In this document: piece by piece, positions 49,863 through 64,000 of the stretch
Numbering within the stretch: the first letter of the stretch is position 1
How the letters are laid out: every line of letters starts with the position of its first letter
Assembly (NCBI GenBank): GCA_026393245.1
Contig: JAPLAO010000133.1
Location: 642-64,641 of the forward strand
Length of the DNA stretch: 64,000 bases
Direction of reading: 5' to 3'
DNA from: Mycobacterium sp.
GTDB taxonomy: Bacteria; Actinomycetota; Actinomycetes; Mycobacteriales; Mycobacteriaceae
Notes under the pieces: model-generated
Databases searched by the model: none
The model's input: only the letters and a program-made list of their open reading frames with translations
What the model was told of the DNA's origin: nothing
Translations under genes and position numbers: made by a program

Positions 49863-51443
49863 TTAGCCCGGTAATCTCGCGCCACTGCTTGATGGTGCGG
49901 TCACATCTGATCCCTCGTCGGCATGACTCTGGCGGCCTCCGATGAACAACGCGAACACGGCCCCGACCAGGCAGACGATGGTGGTGATGAAGAAGATCGA
50001 TCCGTACTGCATGGCGAAGGCGTTACGACTGTTCTTAGCGACGCCGGTGGCGATCTCCAAGATGCTGCCGGTGGGTTTGGGCAGCGTGGCCAAAATCTGG
50101 TTGAACCGGTAGAGGCCCCAGGCGCTCAGCGCCGAGACGCCGATCAGCATGCCTGTCATCCGCGCCACTACCACCAGCGAGGAGGCGATCCCGTGCTGGG
50201 CAGAAGGAACCACGCGCAGCGCGGCTGAGGTGAGCGGACCGATTACCAGGCCCAGCCCGAAACCGGCGAGCGCGAGGTCGGTGCCGAAAACAGGCAGGCG
50301 CACCACACCGAGATCGTGGTGGGCGGACAGCACATCGACGCCCCACTGCGACACCAGCCAGTAGGCGAATGCCGCGATCACCATGCCCACGACAGCCACC
50401 ACCCGATCACCGATCCGGGTGGCGACCCAGCCGCCGATCAGTGCGCCGATGGGTAGTGCGGCCAGGAAGTGCAGCAGCAGGAAGGCGGCCCCGTTCTGAT
50501 CCTTGCCCAGCACGCCCTGTCCGAACAGTTCGACGTTGACCAGGGTGACCATCAGTGCGGCGCCAGCACACATCGAGGTGGCAAGGGCGGTCAGGAACGG
50601 ACCGAACTTCACTCCCCGCGGTTCGATCAGCCGGGTCGTGGCGAATCGCTCCCACACCGCGAACGCGATCGCGGCCAGCGCGGCGCCACCCAACAAAACC
50701 AGACCGTGATTCGGCAGAATCTGCTTGCCGTCGGGGTTGGGGTTGTAGAGGCCCCACACCGCGAGGCCGAGTGCGATCGCGAGCAGCACGCCCCCCACCA
50801 CGTCGACGCGTTCGGGTTTGTCGCTGCGCTCGTGCGACGGAAGGCTGATGTGGATCAGCCCCATGGCGATCAGCGTGAGTGGCACGTTGATCCAGAACAC
50901 GTCGCGCCAGGTGTTGAGCAGCCACACCACACCGATGCCGTACAGCGGGCCCAGCACGCTACCCAGTTCTTGCGCTGCCCCGATTCCGCCCAGCACCGCG
51001 GCTCGGCTTCGCGCCGCCCACAGGTCTGCGGCCAGGGCAAGGGTGACCGGCAGCAGCGCGCCGCTGGCGATGCCCTGGATCAGGCGGCCGATCACCAGCG
51101 TGGTCAGATCGCCGGACAGCGCGGTCACCACCGAGCCGGCGGCGAACGTGGCCAGGCTCAGTTGCAGCACGAGTTTGCGGCCGAACCGGTCAGACAGCCG
51201 GCCCAGTAACGGCATCGCGGCGATGTATCCCAGCAGATACACGGTGATGATCGGTGTGATCTGCTGGATCTTGTTGATCGGGATATTGATCGACCGCATG
51301 ATGTCGACCATGATCGTGACCACGACATAGGTGTCGAGCGCCCCGAGCAGGACGGCGAGACTGCCGGCGCCGATCGCGGTACGACGACCACGGCCGACGT
51401 TCGTGGTCCGATCGACTGCGGCGGCGGGGTCCTGCGGCATCAC
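49863..51443 (-). CDS. MFS efflux/lipid transporter P55 (Rv1410c-like)
   Basis: 14-TM MFS ([20 protein letters not shown]); co-oriented with lprG. Confidence 0.92.
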   Translation of the reverse strand: MMPQDPAAAVDRTTNVGRGRRTAIGAGSLAVLLGALDTYVVVTIMVDIMRSINIPINKIQQITPIITVYLLGYIAAMPLLGRLSDRFGRKLVLQLSLATFAAGSVVTALSGDLTTLVIGRLIQGIASGALLPVTLALAADLWAARSRAAVLGGIGAAQELGSVLGPLYGIGVVWLLNTWRDVFWINVPLTLIAMGLIHISLPSHERSDKPERVDVVGGVLLAIALGLAVWGLYNPNPDGKQILPNHGLVLLGGAALAAIAFAVWERFATTRLIEPRGVKFGPFLTALATSMCAGAALMVTLVNVELFGQGVLGKDQNGAAFLLLHFLAALPIGALIGGWVATRIGDRVVAVVGMVIAAFAYWLVSQWGVDVLSAHHDLGVVRLPVFGTDLALAGFGLGLVIGPLTSAALRVVPSAQHGIASSLVVVARMTGMLIGVSALSAWGLYRFNQILATLPKPTGSILEIATGVAKNSRNAFAMQYGSIFFITTIVCLVGAVFALFIGGRQSHADEGSDVTAPSSSGARLPG

Positions 51444-52135
51444 ACCGCGGGCTTGGTGACGGTGACCGGCTTATCCCATTCGGACAGGGTCAACTGCACG
51501 CTGTTGCCTTCGCTCTGGTCGACCTGGGCCTGAACCAGTTGGTTCGGTGCGTCCTTCTCGATCCATACCGTGGCCGGCAGCGGTCCGCTGGCTTTCAGCG
51601 GCGGAATCAGCTTGTTCACCGCGGCGGCCGCGACAGTGCCGCTGATCTTGACGGTCGGCACGCCACCGATGGTCTCGAAGCCCTGCGCCTTGGCGTCGGT
51701 GATATTGGTGAGCATATTGGCCAGCCCGGCATCGGGGTTCAGGATCACCGATGCATCGTAAATGTCAGCGGCCGGGCCCATATCGAGCCAGCTGTTGGGG
51801 GTGAGCGTCGCGTAGAGCGTGCCATCGAGCACCACGAGGCCTTGAACGTCGAGATCGCTGCCGCCCATCGAAATTGTCGCGCTCCCCGTGAGGGCGACCG
51901 CTGGCACATTGGTGAGGTCACCGGAGAGCCTCTTGATTGGCAGGCCGTCGACCTTGCCGTTGACGACGATCTCTAGGTGGGCACTCTGGAGCGCTTTGGT
52001 GGCGGCGATGGACTGGCGCAGCAGTCCGGCGGCGTCCGGCAGCGGTTCGGATGGCTTCTTCGAGCAGCCCGAGATGAGCAGGGCGGCGGCGAACAGGGCG
52101 GCCAGGGCGGCGAGGATGCGGCGAGTCGTCGACAT
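51440..52135 (-). CDS. lprG: Lipoprotein LprG
   Basis: Lipobox LLISGC, LPDA..LL, LSGDLT, LNPD.GLAN.L, WDKPV.VTKP; start ATG 52135. Confidence 0.92.
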   Translation of the reverse strand: MSTTRRILAALAALFAAALLISGCSKKPSEPLPDAAGLLRQSIAATKALQSAHLEIVVNGKVDGLPIKRLSGDLTNVPAVALTGSATISMGGSDLDVQGLVVLDGTLYATLTPNSWLDMGPAADIYDASVILNPDAGLANMLTNITDAKAQGFETIGGVPTVKISGTVAAAAVNKLIPPLKASGPLPATVWIEKDAPNQLVQAQVDQSEGNSVQLTLSEWDKPVTVTKPAV

Positions 52136-52222
52136 AGGGGCATCGTAGTGGGTCGGGCGGGCAGTGCCGCGGCGGCGAGGCCGAGTGGTCGCCGGATCCG
52201 AGGTCACCGCTAGATTGAGGCC

Positions 52223-52960
52223 GTGTTCACCGGAATCATTGAAGAAGTTGGGGAGATCGTCGCCACGGACGACCTCGGCGATGCCGCGCGTCTGATCATC
52301 CGCGGACCCGTGGTGACCGTCGATGCTCGCCACGGCGACTCCATCGCTGTCAACGGCGTGTGTCTGACCGTGGTCGACGTGCTCTCGGACGGACAGTTCA
52401 GCGCTGACGTGATGGCAGAGACCCTGAATCGCTCTAGCCTGGCCGTACTCGCGGTGGGCAGCCAGGTCAATCTGGAACGGGCCGCTGCCGTGAACAGCCG
52501 GCTTGGCGGTCATATCGTTCAGGGCCATGTGGACGGCACCGGCGCGGTGATCTCGCGCTCTCCATCGGAGCACTGGGAGGTGGTTCGAATCGCGTTGCCG
52601 CGGGAGATCTCTCGGTATGTAGTGGCAAAAGGCTCAATCACGGTCGACGGCATTTCGCTGACGGTGTCTGCGCTGAGCGATGAGCCTCTCGGGCGAAGAG
52701 CAGATGATCCTGATGAGCCTCTCGGGCGAAGAGCAGATGATCCTGATGAGCCTCTCGGGCGAAGAGCAGATGATCCTGATGAGCCTCTCGGGCGAAGAGC
52801 AGATGATCCCGATGAGCCTCTCGGGCGAAGAGCAGATGATCCCGATGCGCAAGCGCTGACCACTCTCGGGAGCGCTGCCGTCGGCACGCCGGTCAATCTC
52901 GAGGTTGACGTCATCGCGAAGTACGTCGAGCGGTTGATGTTGCATAAAGACGGCGGTTAA
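52223..52960 (+). CDS. ribC: Riboflavin synthase alpha chain, interrupted in frame by a tandem array (possibly non-functional)
   Basis: MFTGIIEEVG, GDSIAVNGVCLT, GGHIVQGHVDG, KGSITVDGISLTV, VNLEVDVIAKY; array replaces the expected F.V.LIP.T segment. Confidence 0.9.
   Translation: MFTGIIEEVGEIVATDDLGDAARLIIRGPVVTVDARHGDSIAVNGVCLTVVDVLSDGQFSADVMAETLNRSSLAVLAVGSQVNLERAAAVNSRLGGHIVQGHVDGTGAVISRSPSEHWEVVRIALPREISRYVVAKGSITVDGISLTVSALSDEPLGRRADDPDEPLGRRADDPDEPLGRRADDPDEPLGRRADDPDEPLGRRADDPDAQALTTLGSAAVGTPVNLEVDVIAKYVERLMLHKDGG
52679..52843. repeat. 5 x 33-bp tandem array (DEPLGRRADDP x5)
   Basis: gatgagcctctcgggcgaagagcagatgatcc(t/c) x5, head to tail, no spacers. Confidence 0.95.
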
Positions 52961-53295
52961 CGCCCAGTAGCGGGCAGCGTCGCGATCCCGTCCAGCGATT
53001 CTGCATGCTCGGCCAACCCGATCAGCACCTCGCCAAGCTCGCGCGCCTGAGCCGGGGTCAGGTCGACCACGATGGGCAACTCCCTACCCCCGATGACCAC
53101 ACCGCCGTCTACACGAACCGCGACACCGCTGACGGTTGACCCGTTGCGGTGCTGCACTCCGGTCAGCAGAGCCGCGATATCGCCAACCGTCACCGGGTCG
53201 GCGCCGTACACGCGGTCATGGAACCGTGCATCCCACTCGCCGACCCATGCGGTGCCGGCGGGTGGTGCGGTGGTGGGGTCGGAACCGGTGTTCAT
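52957..53295 (-). CDS. Hypothetical protein (112 aa)
   Basis: ATG start; LTPAQARELGEVL.. helix; convergent ttaa overlap with the ribC stop; coding status inferred. Confidence 0.6.
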   Translation of the reverse strand: MNTGSDPTTAPPAGTAWVGEWDARFHDRVYGADPVTVGDIAALLTGVQHRNGSTVSGVAVRVDGGVVIGGRELPIVVDLTPAQARELGEVLIGLAEHAESLDGIATLPATGR

Positions 53296-53548
53296 GGCTG
53301 AATATCCTTCCGGTCAGCTCCCACATATTTGAGACTGCAGCAGCAGGACTCCACCTGTGAAAAGGCACGGTACGCACAGCGTAAAGTGATCCCGACTCGC
53401 GAAATTCGTCGAGCGGTTGCTGGGCGAGCGTCGGTCATAACCGGCCATTTTGGTGGTTCATGCTGAATCCAGCAGTATTGCTGGGAATTCCTGAGGTTTT
53501 TTGGGTAATCAGGTAGTCGAGTAATCGGGTGACAGGCAGGCGGCAACG

Positions 53549-55727
<2,179 letters not shown>

Positions 55728-55771
55728 TGCAGCACCCCCGGCGGTCTGGCGCCGGTACTAGCCTGAACACC

Positions 55772-57838
55772 GTGGCCGATCCCGCGACGTACCGCCCGGC
55801 GCCGGGGTCCATCCCGGTCGAACCCGGCGTCTACCGTTTCCGGGATGCCCGCGGCAGGGTGATCTACGTCGGGAAGGCCAAGAGCCTGCGCAGCCGGTTG
55901 TCGTCGTACTTCGCCGATGTCGCCGGCCTGCATCCCCGCACCCGCCAGATGGTGACCACCGCCGCAAAGGTGGAGTGGACGGTGGTCGGCACCGAGGTTG
56001 AGGCACTGCAACTCGAGTACAACTGGATCAAGGAGTTTGATCCGCGGTTCAACGTCCGCTACCGCGACGACAAGTCCTATCCGGTGCTTGCGGTGACACT
56101 CAACGAGGAGTTCCCGCGGCTGATGATTTATCGCGGCCCACGTCGCAAAGGTGTGCGCTACTTCGGACCGTACTCGCACGCCTGGGCGATTCGGGAGACG
56201 CTCGATCTGCTGACGCGGGTCTTTCCGGCGCGTACCTGTTCCAGCGGAGTGTTCAAGCGGCACAGGCAAATCGAGCGTCCCTGTCTGCTCGGCTATATCG
56301 ATAAATGCTCGGCGCCCTGTATCGGCCGAGTCAGCGCGGAGGAACATCGCAGGATCGTGGGTGACTTCTGCGATTTCCTGTCGGGTAGGACCGACCGCTT
56401 TGCCCGTGATCTGGAGCGCCAGATGAATGCCGCCGCTGCAGAACTCGACTTTGAGCGGGCGGCGCGGTTGCGTGATGACATCGGTGCGATCAAACGGGTA
56501 TTGGAAAAGCAGGCGGTCGTGCTCGGAGACGGCACCGATGCTGATGTCGTCGCATTCGCCGACGATGACTTGGAAGCCGCGGTGCAGGTGTTCCACGTGC
56601 GCGGCGGCCGGGTTCGCGGTCAGCGAGGCTGGATCGTCGAGAAGCCCGGCGACCCGGGCAACTCCGCACAGGCTCAACTGGTTGAGCAGTTCATCACCCA
56701 GTTCTACGGCGCTGAAGCCGAATTGGGCGGCCCGCCTGAAGCCGAATTGGGCGGCCCGCCCGTCGCCGAATTGGGCGGCGCAGCAGACGAATTGGGCGGC
56801 GCAGCGGACGAAACCAATAATCCGGTGCCGCGGGAGGTGCTGGTGCCATGCCTGCCGCCCAATGCCGCCGAACTCAGTATCTGGTTGTCCGGGCTGCGCG
56901 GTTCGGCGGTGTCGTTACGGGTGCCTCGTCGAGGCGATAAGGCCGCACTTGCCGAGACGGTTCACCGTAACGCTCAGGAGGCTTTGGTACAGCACAAGCT
57001 CAAGCGAGCCGGCGACTTCACCGCGAGATCGGCTGCGCTGCAGAATATTCAGGAATCGCTTGGCCTTGCCGATGCGCCGCTGCGGATCGAATGCATCGAT
57101 ATCAGTCATGTGCAAGGCACCGATGTGGTGGGCTCGCTGGTGGTGTTCGAGGACGGCCTGCCGCGCAAGTCCGACTATCGACATTTCGCGATTCGGGAGG
57201 CGGCCGGGGATGGCCGCTCCGACGACGTGGCATCGATCGCGGAGGTCACCCGGCGTCGTTTCCAGCGTCACGTCGTCGATGTCGAGGCGTCGGATTCCGC
57301 CGAACCGGTGGGCACCGACAAGCCCCGCAGGTTCGCCTACCCGCCGAGCCTCTTCGTGGTCGACGGTGGCGCGCCACAGGTGAACGCCGCGGCGCGGGTG
57401 CTCGACGAACTCGGCGTCACCGACGTTGCGGTGATCGGACTGGCCAAGCGGCTGGAAGAGGTCTGGGTCCCCGCCGAGGCCGATCCGGTGATCCTGCCCC
57501 GCAACAGCGAAGGGCTCTACCTGCTCCAACGCGTACGCGATGAGGCACACCGGTTCGCCATCTCCTATCACCGCAGCAAGCGGTCCAAGCGGATGACCGC
57601 GTCTGCTCTGGACTCGGTGCGTGGGCTGGGGGAGACCCGTCGCAAGGCGTTGGTTACCCACTTCGGGTCGCTGGCGCGGATTCGGCAGGCCAGCGTCGAA
57701 GAGATCACCGCGGTGCCGGGTATCGGAGCCGCGACGGCCGCGGCGGTTCTCGAAGCCCTCAGCGGTGACACCGATCGCGCGAGTTCGGATGCATCCGGCG
57801 ATGCGGTGGGCGATGATTCACAGCGAGCATCGCCATGA
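55772..57838 (+). CDS. uvrC: Excinuclease ABC subunit C
   Basis: PGVY...[12 protein letters not shown] (GIY-YIG), [31 protein letters not shown], HhH. Confidence 0.98.
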   Translation: MADPATYRPAPGSIPVEPGVYRFRDARGRVIYVGKAKSLRSRLSSYFADVAGLHPRTRQMVTTAAKVEWTVVGTEVEALQLEYNWIKEFDPRFNVRYRDDKSYPVLAVTLNEEFPRLMIYRGPRRKGVRYFGPYSHAWAIRETLDLLTRVFPARTCSSGVFKRHRQIERPCLLGYIDKCSAPCIGRVSAEEHRRIVGDFCDFLSGRTDRFARDLERQMNAAAAELDFERAARLRDDIGAIKRVLEKQAVVLGDGTDADVVAFADDDLEAAVQVFHVRGGRVRGQRGWIVEKPGDPGNSAQAQLVEQFITQFYGAEAELGGPPEAELGGPPVAELGGAADELGGAADETNNPVPREVLVPCLPPNAAELSIWLSGLRGSAVSLRVPRRGDKAALAETVHRNAQEALVQHKLKRAGDFTARSAALQNIQESLGLADAPLRIECIDISHVQGTDVVGSLVVFEDGLPRKSDYRHFAIREAAGDGRSDDVASIAEVTRRRFQRHVVDVEASDSAEPVGTDKPRRFAYPPSLFVVDGGAPQVNAAARVLDELGVTDVAVIGLAKRLEEVWVPAEADPVILPRNSEGLYLLQRVRDEAHRFAISYHRSKRSKRMTASALDSVRGLGETRRKALVTHFGSLARIRQASVEEITAVPGIGAATAAAVLEALSGDTDRASSDASGDAVGDDSQRASP
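56712..56812. repeat. Nested 24-bp x2 and 21-bp x2 duplications in uvrC (ELGG x4)
   Basis: ctgaagccgaattgggcggcccgc x2; gaattgggcggcgcagc(a/g)gac x2. Confidence 0.85.
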
Positions 57839-58782
57839 CAGAAAACAGTGCAGGGAACATCAACGCCGTCCGGGGCGACGGCGCGGTACATGTCGGCGCC
57901 GTCCGGGGCGACGGCGCGGGAGACATCGACGTCGTGCTCGTGACCGGATTGTCCGGCGCCGGCCGCGGTACCGCCGCGAAGGTGCTCGAGGACCTGGGCT
58001 GGTATGTGGCCGACAACCTGCCGCCTGAACTCATTGCGCGGATGGTGGATTTGGGACTGGCGGCCGGATCGCGCATCACTCAACTCGCGGTGGTGATGGA
58101 TGTCCGCTCGCGCGGGTTCACCGGTGATCTGGACCTGGTTCGCCAGGACCTGGCTACCCGTGACATCACCCCGCGGGTGTTGTTCATGGAAGCGTCCGAC
58201 GACATCCTGGTGCGCCGCTACGAGAACAACCGTCGCAGTCATCCGCTGCAGGGCAATCAGACTCTGGCCGAGGGCATCACCGCGGAGCGCCGAATGCTGG
58301 AACCTGTCCGCGCCGCCGCCGATCTGATCATCGACACCTCGGCGTTGGCGGTTCCAGCGTTGCGCGCGAGCATCGAACGCGCCTTCGGTGGCGAGACCAT
58401 CGCGCAGACCAGCGTGACGGTGGAGTCGTTCGGGTTCAAGTACGGATTGCCGATGGACGCCGACATGGTGATGGATGTGCGGTTCCTGCCCAACCCGCAC
58501 TGGGTGGACGAATTGCGGCCGCAGACCGGCCAATCATCTGCTGTCCGGGACTACGTGCTTGCTCAACCCGGTGCGGCGGAGTTCCTGCAGACTTACCATC
58601 AGTTGCTGAAGCTGGTGGCCGACGGCTATATCCGGGAGGGAAAGCGGTACATGACGGTGGCTATCGGTTGCACGGGCGGTAAGCACCGCAGTGTCGCCAT
58701 TGCCGAGGCGCTCGCCGGGTTGCTGACTGAGAACCCGCAACTCTCGGTGCGGGTCCTGCACCGGGACCTGGGGCGCGAATGA
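57835..58782 (+). CDS. rapZ: RapZ/YvcJ-family P-loop nucleotide-binding protein
   Basis: [45 protein letters not shown]. Confidence 0.95.
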   Translation: MTENSAGNINAVRGDGAVHVGAVRGDGAGDIDVVLVTGLSGAGRGTAAKVLEDLGWYVADNLPPELIARMVDLGLAAGSRITQLAVVMDVRSRGFTGDLDLVRQDLATRDITPRVLFMEASDDILVRRYENNRRSHPLQGNQTLAEGITAERRMLEPVRAAADLIIDTSALAVPALRASIERAFGGETIAQTSVTVESFGFKYGLPMDADMVMDVRFLPNPHWVDELRPQTGQSSAVRDYVLAQPGAAEFLQTYHQLLKLVADGYIREGKRYMTVAIGCTGGKHRSVAIAEALAGLLTENPQLSVRVLHRDLGRE

Positions 58783-59897
58783 CAACACGGGCGTCCGGGG
58801 GAACCTCGCCGCGTATCGTGGCGATGGGCGGCGGCCACGGCCTGTACGCGACGCTGTCGGCCGCGCGTCGGCTGACGCCGCATGTGACCGCGGTCGTCAC
58901 CGTCGCCGACGATGGCGGATCCTCGGGCCGGTTACGGTCCGAACTCGACGTCATACCACCGGGCGACCTGCGGATGGCACTGGCCGCTTTGGCATCCGAC
59001 AGCCCCCAGGGCCGGTTGTGGGCCACGATCATCCAACACCGGTTAGGTGGTAGCGGAGCGCTCGCGGGCCACCCGATCGGCAATTTGTTACTGGCCGGCC
59101 TCAGCGAAGTGCTCGCCGATCCGGTGGCGGCACTCGACGAATTAGGCCGAATGCTCGGGGTGAACGGCCGCGTACTGCCGATGTGCCCGCTTGCGTTGCA
59201 GATCGAGGCCGACGTAGCAGGTCTGGAAGCTGATCCCAGGATGAGCCGGGTGATCCGGGGCCAGGTCGCGGTGGCCACTACGCCCGGAAAGGTGCGGCGG
59301 GTTCGGTTACTGCCCGGTGATCCGCCCGCCACCCGGCAGGCCGTCGACGCGGTGATGGCCGCCGACCTCGTGGTGCTCGGGCCGGGGTCGTGGTTCACCA
59401 GTGTCATCCCGCACGTGCTGGTGCCAGGTTTGGTCGCTGCACTGAAGGCCACCCGCGCCCGTCGGGCTTTGGTCTTGAATCTGGCAGCCGAACCCGGTGA
59501 GACAGCAGGCTTTTCGGCAGAGCGGCATCTGCATGTGCTGACCCAGCACGCGCCGGGACTGACGGTGCATGACGTCATTGTCGATGCTGGCCGGGTGCCG
59601 TCAGAACGTGAACGCGATCAGCTTCGCCGAACGGCGACCCTGCTGGAAGCGTCGGTGGAATTTGCTGATATTTCCCGACCTGGTACACCTTTACATGACC
59701 CGGCGAAGCTGGCTGAAGTGCTCGATGCCGTTCGTGTGCGGGGTACGGGGGTGTCGACGATCGAGGTGCCGAGCATGGAAGTACCGACCATCGAAGTGCC
59801 GACCGCCACCGTGGCGTCGGCCGAGGCAGGCCGGCAGCCGGACCGGATGCGCCGACTCACCGGCAATGGACCGAGAGGTGACGACCCGTGGCGATGA
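58779..59897 (+). CDS. YvcK/CuvA-family UDP-GlcNAc-binding protein
   Basis: [45 protein letters not shown]. Confidence 0.93.
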   Translation: MTTRASGGTSPRIVAMGGGHGLYATLSAARRLTPHVTAVVTVADDGGSSGRLRSELDVIPPGDLRMALAALASDSPQGRLWATIIQHRLGGSGALAGHPIGNLLLAGLSEVLADPVAALDELGRMLGVNGRVLPMCPLALQIEADVAGLEADPRMSRVIRGQVAVATTPGKVRRVRLLPGDPPATRQAVDAVMAADLVVLGPGSWFTSVIPHVLVPGLVAALKATRARRALVLNLAAEPGETAGFSAERHLHVLTQHAPGLTVHDVIVDAGRVPSERERDQLRRTATLLEASVEFADISRPGTPLHDPAKLAEVLDAVRVRGTGVSTIEVPSMEVPTIEVPTATVASAEAGRQPDRMRRLTGNGPRGDDPWR

Positions 59898-60871
59898 CTG
59901 CTGAGGTCAAAGACGAGCTGAGCCGTCTGGTCGTTAACTCCGTGAGCGCGCGTCGCGCCGAGGTGGCATCGCTGCTGCGCTTTGCCGGCGGGCTGCATAT
60001 CGTGTCAGGCCGGGTGGTCGTCGAGGCCGAGGTCGACCAGGGCAGCATCGCCCGGCGGCTCCGCAAGGACATCCACGACCTCTACGGCTACAGCGCCGTC
60101 GTGCACGTGTTGTCGGCCACCGGAATTCGCAAGAGCACCCGATATCTCATTCGGGTGGCCAAGGACGGTGAGGCGCTCGCGCGCCAGACCGGACTGCTGG
60201 ATATGCGCGGGCGCCCGGTGCGCGGACTGCCCGCCCAGGTGGTGGGCGGCAGCGTCGGCGATGCCGAGGCTGCCTGGCGTGGCGCTTTCCTGGCGCACGG
60301 CTCGCTGACCGAACCCGGTCGGTCCTCGGCGCTGGAGGTGAGTTGTCCGGGACCCGAGGCTGCACTGGCCCTGGTCGGCGCCGCGCGGCGGCTGGGAATC
60401 AGCGCCAAGGCGCGCGAGGTGCGTGGCATCGACCGGGTCGTGATCCGGGACGGGGAGGCCATCGGCACCCTGCTCACCCGGATGGGCGCCCAGGACACCC
60501 GTTTGACCTGGGAGGAGCGGCGCATGCGTCGCGAAGTTCGGGCGACCGCCAACCGGCTGGCCAACTTCGACGATGCCAACCTGCGCCGTTCGGCTCGGGC
60601 CGCGGTGGCTGCGGCAGCGCGTGTGGAGCGCGCCCTGGAGATCCTGGCCGACACAGTTCCCGATCACCTGGCCGCTGCCGGACAACTCCGGGTGGAACAC
60701 CGTCAGGCGTCGCTGGAGGAGTTGGGCCGTCTGGCGGATCCGCCGATGACCAAAGACGCTGTCGCCGGGCGCATTCGGCGGCTGCTGTCGATGGCCGACC
60801 GCAAAGCCAAGCAGGACGGTATCCCCGATACCGAGTCGGCGGTCACGCCCGATCTGCTCGAGGATGCCTGA
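59888..60871 (+). CDS. whiA: Cell-division DNA-binding protein WhiA
   Basis: [51 protein letters not shown]. Confidence 0.98.
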   Translation: MAMTAEVKDELSRLVVNSVSARRAEVASLLRFAGGLHIVSGRVVVEAEVDQGSIARRLRKDIHDLYGYSAVVHVLSATGIRKSTRYLIRVAKDGEALARQTGLLDMRGRPVRGLPAQVVGGSVGDAEAAWRGAFLAHGSLTEPGRSSALEVSCPGPEAALALVGAARRLGISAKAREVRGIDRVVIRDGEAIGTLLTRMGAQDTRLTWEERRMRREVRATANRLANFDDANLRRSARAAVAAAARVERALEILADTVPDHLAAAGQLRVEHRQASLEELGRLADPPMTKDAVAGRIRRLLSMADRKAKQDGIPDTESAVTPDLLEDA

Positions 60872-60942
60872 GCCGCCCGGCTCGCAATAATTACTGAGCC
60901 GCCCGGCTCGCGAAAATTACTGGGCCGCCCGGCTCGCGAAAA

Positions 60943-60945
<3 letters not shown>
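60868..60945. repeat. 3 x 26-bp tandem repeat with internal palindrome between convergent stops
   Basis: ctg(a/g)gccgcccggctcgc(aat/gaa)aatta x3; gagccg..cggctc inverted repeat in the units. Confidence 0.9.
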
Positions 60946-62964
<2,019 letters not shown>

Positions 62965-62991
62965 GCACTGACCGGAAGAGACTGAAGAACA

Positions 62992-64000
62992 GTGGCCGTC
63001 CCAACGCTTGCCGACCTGCTGGCTGAGGGCGTCGCAGGCCGCGGCATCCTGGTCCGCTGCGATCTCAATGTTCCACTCGACGATCGCGGCGTCGTCACCG
63101 ACGCGGGCCGCATCGACGCATCCGTGGCGACATTGAAGGCGCTCTCCGACGCCGGGGCCAAGCTGGTGGTGATCGCGCACCTGGGCCGTCCCGAGGGCGG
63201 TGCGGACCCCAAGCTGTCACTGGCCCCGGTGGCGAAGGTGTTGGGCGAGAAGTTGGGTCGGCACGTCCAACTGGCCGGCGACGTGGTCGGCACGGATGCG
63301 TTGGCTCGTGCGGAGGGCCTCACCGACGGAGACATCCTGCTGCTGGAGAACATCCGGTTCGATCCCCGCGAGACCAGTAGGGACGACGCGCAGCGACTCG
63401 CGCTGGCCAAGGCTCTGGTCGAGTTGGTTGATTCCCCGGGTGGGCGCCTCGGCGCGTTCGTGTCCGATGGTTTCGGTGTGGTCCATCGCAAGCAGGCCTC
63501 GGTGTACGACATCGCGACGCTGCTACCGCATTACGCGGGCACCCTGGTGGCGGCCGAGGTCAAGGTGCTCGAACAGCTGAGCACCACCGGCCAACGGCCC
63601 TACGCGGTGGTGCTCGGCGGATCCAAGGTGTCCGACAAACTCGCCGTTATCGAGAACCTGGCCGGCAAGGCCGACAGTGTCGTCATCGGCGGCGGAATGT
63701 GCTTCACCTTCCTTGCCGCCCAGGGGGTTTCGGTGGGCAAGTCGCTGCTGCAGGAAGAGATGATCGACACCTGCCGTCGACTGCTCGAAGAATTCGGTGA
63801 CGTGATCCACCTGCCGGTGGACATCGTGGTCGGATCAGAGTTCTCAGCCGATTCCACGCCGGAAACCGTTGCCGCCGAACAGATCCCGGATGACAAAATT
63901 GGCCTGGATATCGGGCCCGAGTCGGTTCGGCGCTTCACCGCACTGCTGTCCAACGCGAGGACCATTTTCTGGAACGGCCCCATGGGAGTTTTCGAGTTCC
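62992..64000 (+). CDS. pgk: Phosphoglycerate kinase, 3'-truncated by window edge
   Basis: [49 protein letters not shown] (read manually; not in the ORF track). Confidence 0.97.
   Translation, partial: MAVPTLADLLAEGVAGRGILVRCDLNVPLDDRGVVTDAGRIDASVATLKALSDAGAKLVVIAHLGRPEGGADPKLSLAPVAKVLGEKLGRHVQLAGDVVGTDALARAEGLTDGDILLLENIRFDPRETSRDDAQRLALAKALVELVDSPGGRLGAFVSDGFGVVHRKQASVYDIATLLPHYAGTLVAAEVKVLEQLSTTGQRPYAVVLGGSKVSDKLAVIENLAGKADSVVIGGGMCFTFLAAQGVSVGKSLLQEEMIDTCRRLLEEFGDVIHLPVDIVVGSEFSADSTPETVAAEQIPDDKIGLDIGPESVRRFTALLSNARTIFWNGPMGVFEF

Noticed and set aside
52679-52843. 33-bp repeats as a possible CRISPR array (also the 32-bp and 26-bp arrays)
   Set aside because: Units are head to tail without unique spacers and no cas genes are present
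53296-53548. Possible FMN riboswitch upstream of ribBA
   Set aside because: Conserved RFN segments (AGGGCAGGGUGAAAUUCCC, GGAUGGGAGA) are not present

Overview
GC-rich actinobacterial chromosomal DNA. Gene content and order (alaS-ruvX-mltG-aroE-aroCKBQ-pepQ-efp-nusB running straight into pyrRBC-carAB-pyrF-mihF-gmk-rpoZ-coaBC-metK, then priA-fmt-rsmB-rpe-ribD, P55-lprG, ribC-ribBA-ribH, uvrC-rapZ-yvcK-whiA, gap-pgk) point to a Mycobacterium/Mycolicibacterium, probably a rapid grower (inference). Most of the window is core housekeeping. The most unusual part is an accessory minus-strand trio at 0.7-4.4 kb: a ~699-aa protein made almost wholly of V/I/E/K/D/R/P repeats with two 22-residue-period blocks, resembling alveolin/articulin-type membrane-skeleton proteins of protists; an LGFP-repeat membrane-anchored protein with a Pro-rich tail; and a small glycine-zipper protein. 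Also notable: a 5 x 33-bp in-frame array that appears to replace a conserved segment of riboflavin synthase RibC; MIRU-like intergenic units encoding ATGA-coupled micro-ORFs, including a pyrR-to-pyrB relay downstream of a PyrR-binding leader; many short in-frame duplications in core genes; and several accessory insertions (deaminase plus ABM-membrane pair, secreted protein, hemophore-like, vWA, DUF2207-LemA, ABC-cNMP). I saw no rRNA, tRNA, CRISPR array, transposase or integrase. All product calls rest on motif recognition and remembered synteny, not database searches.
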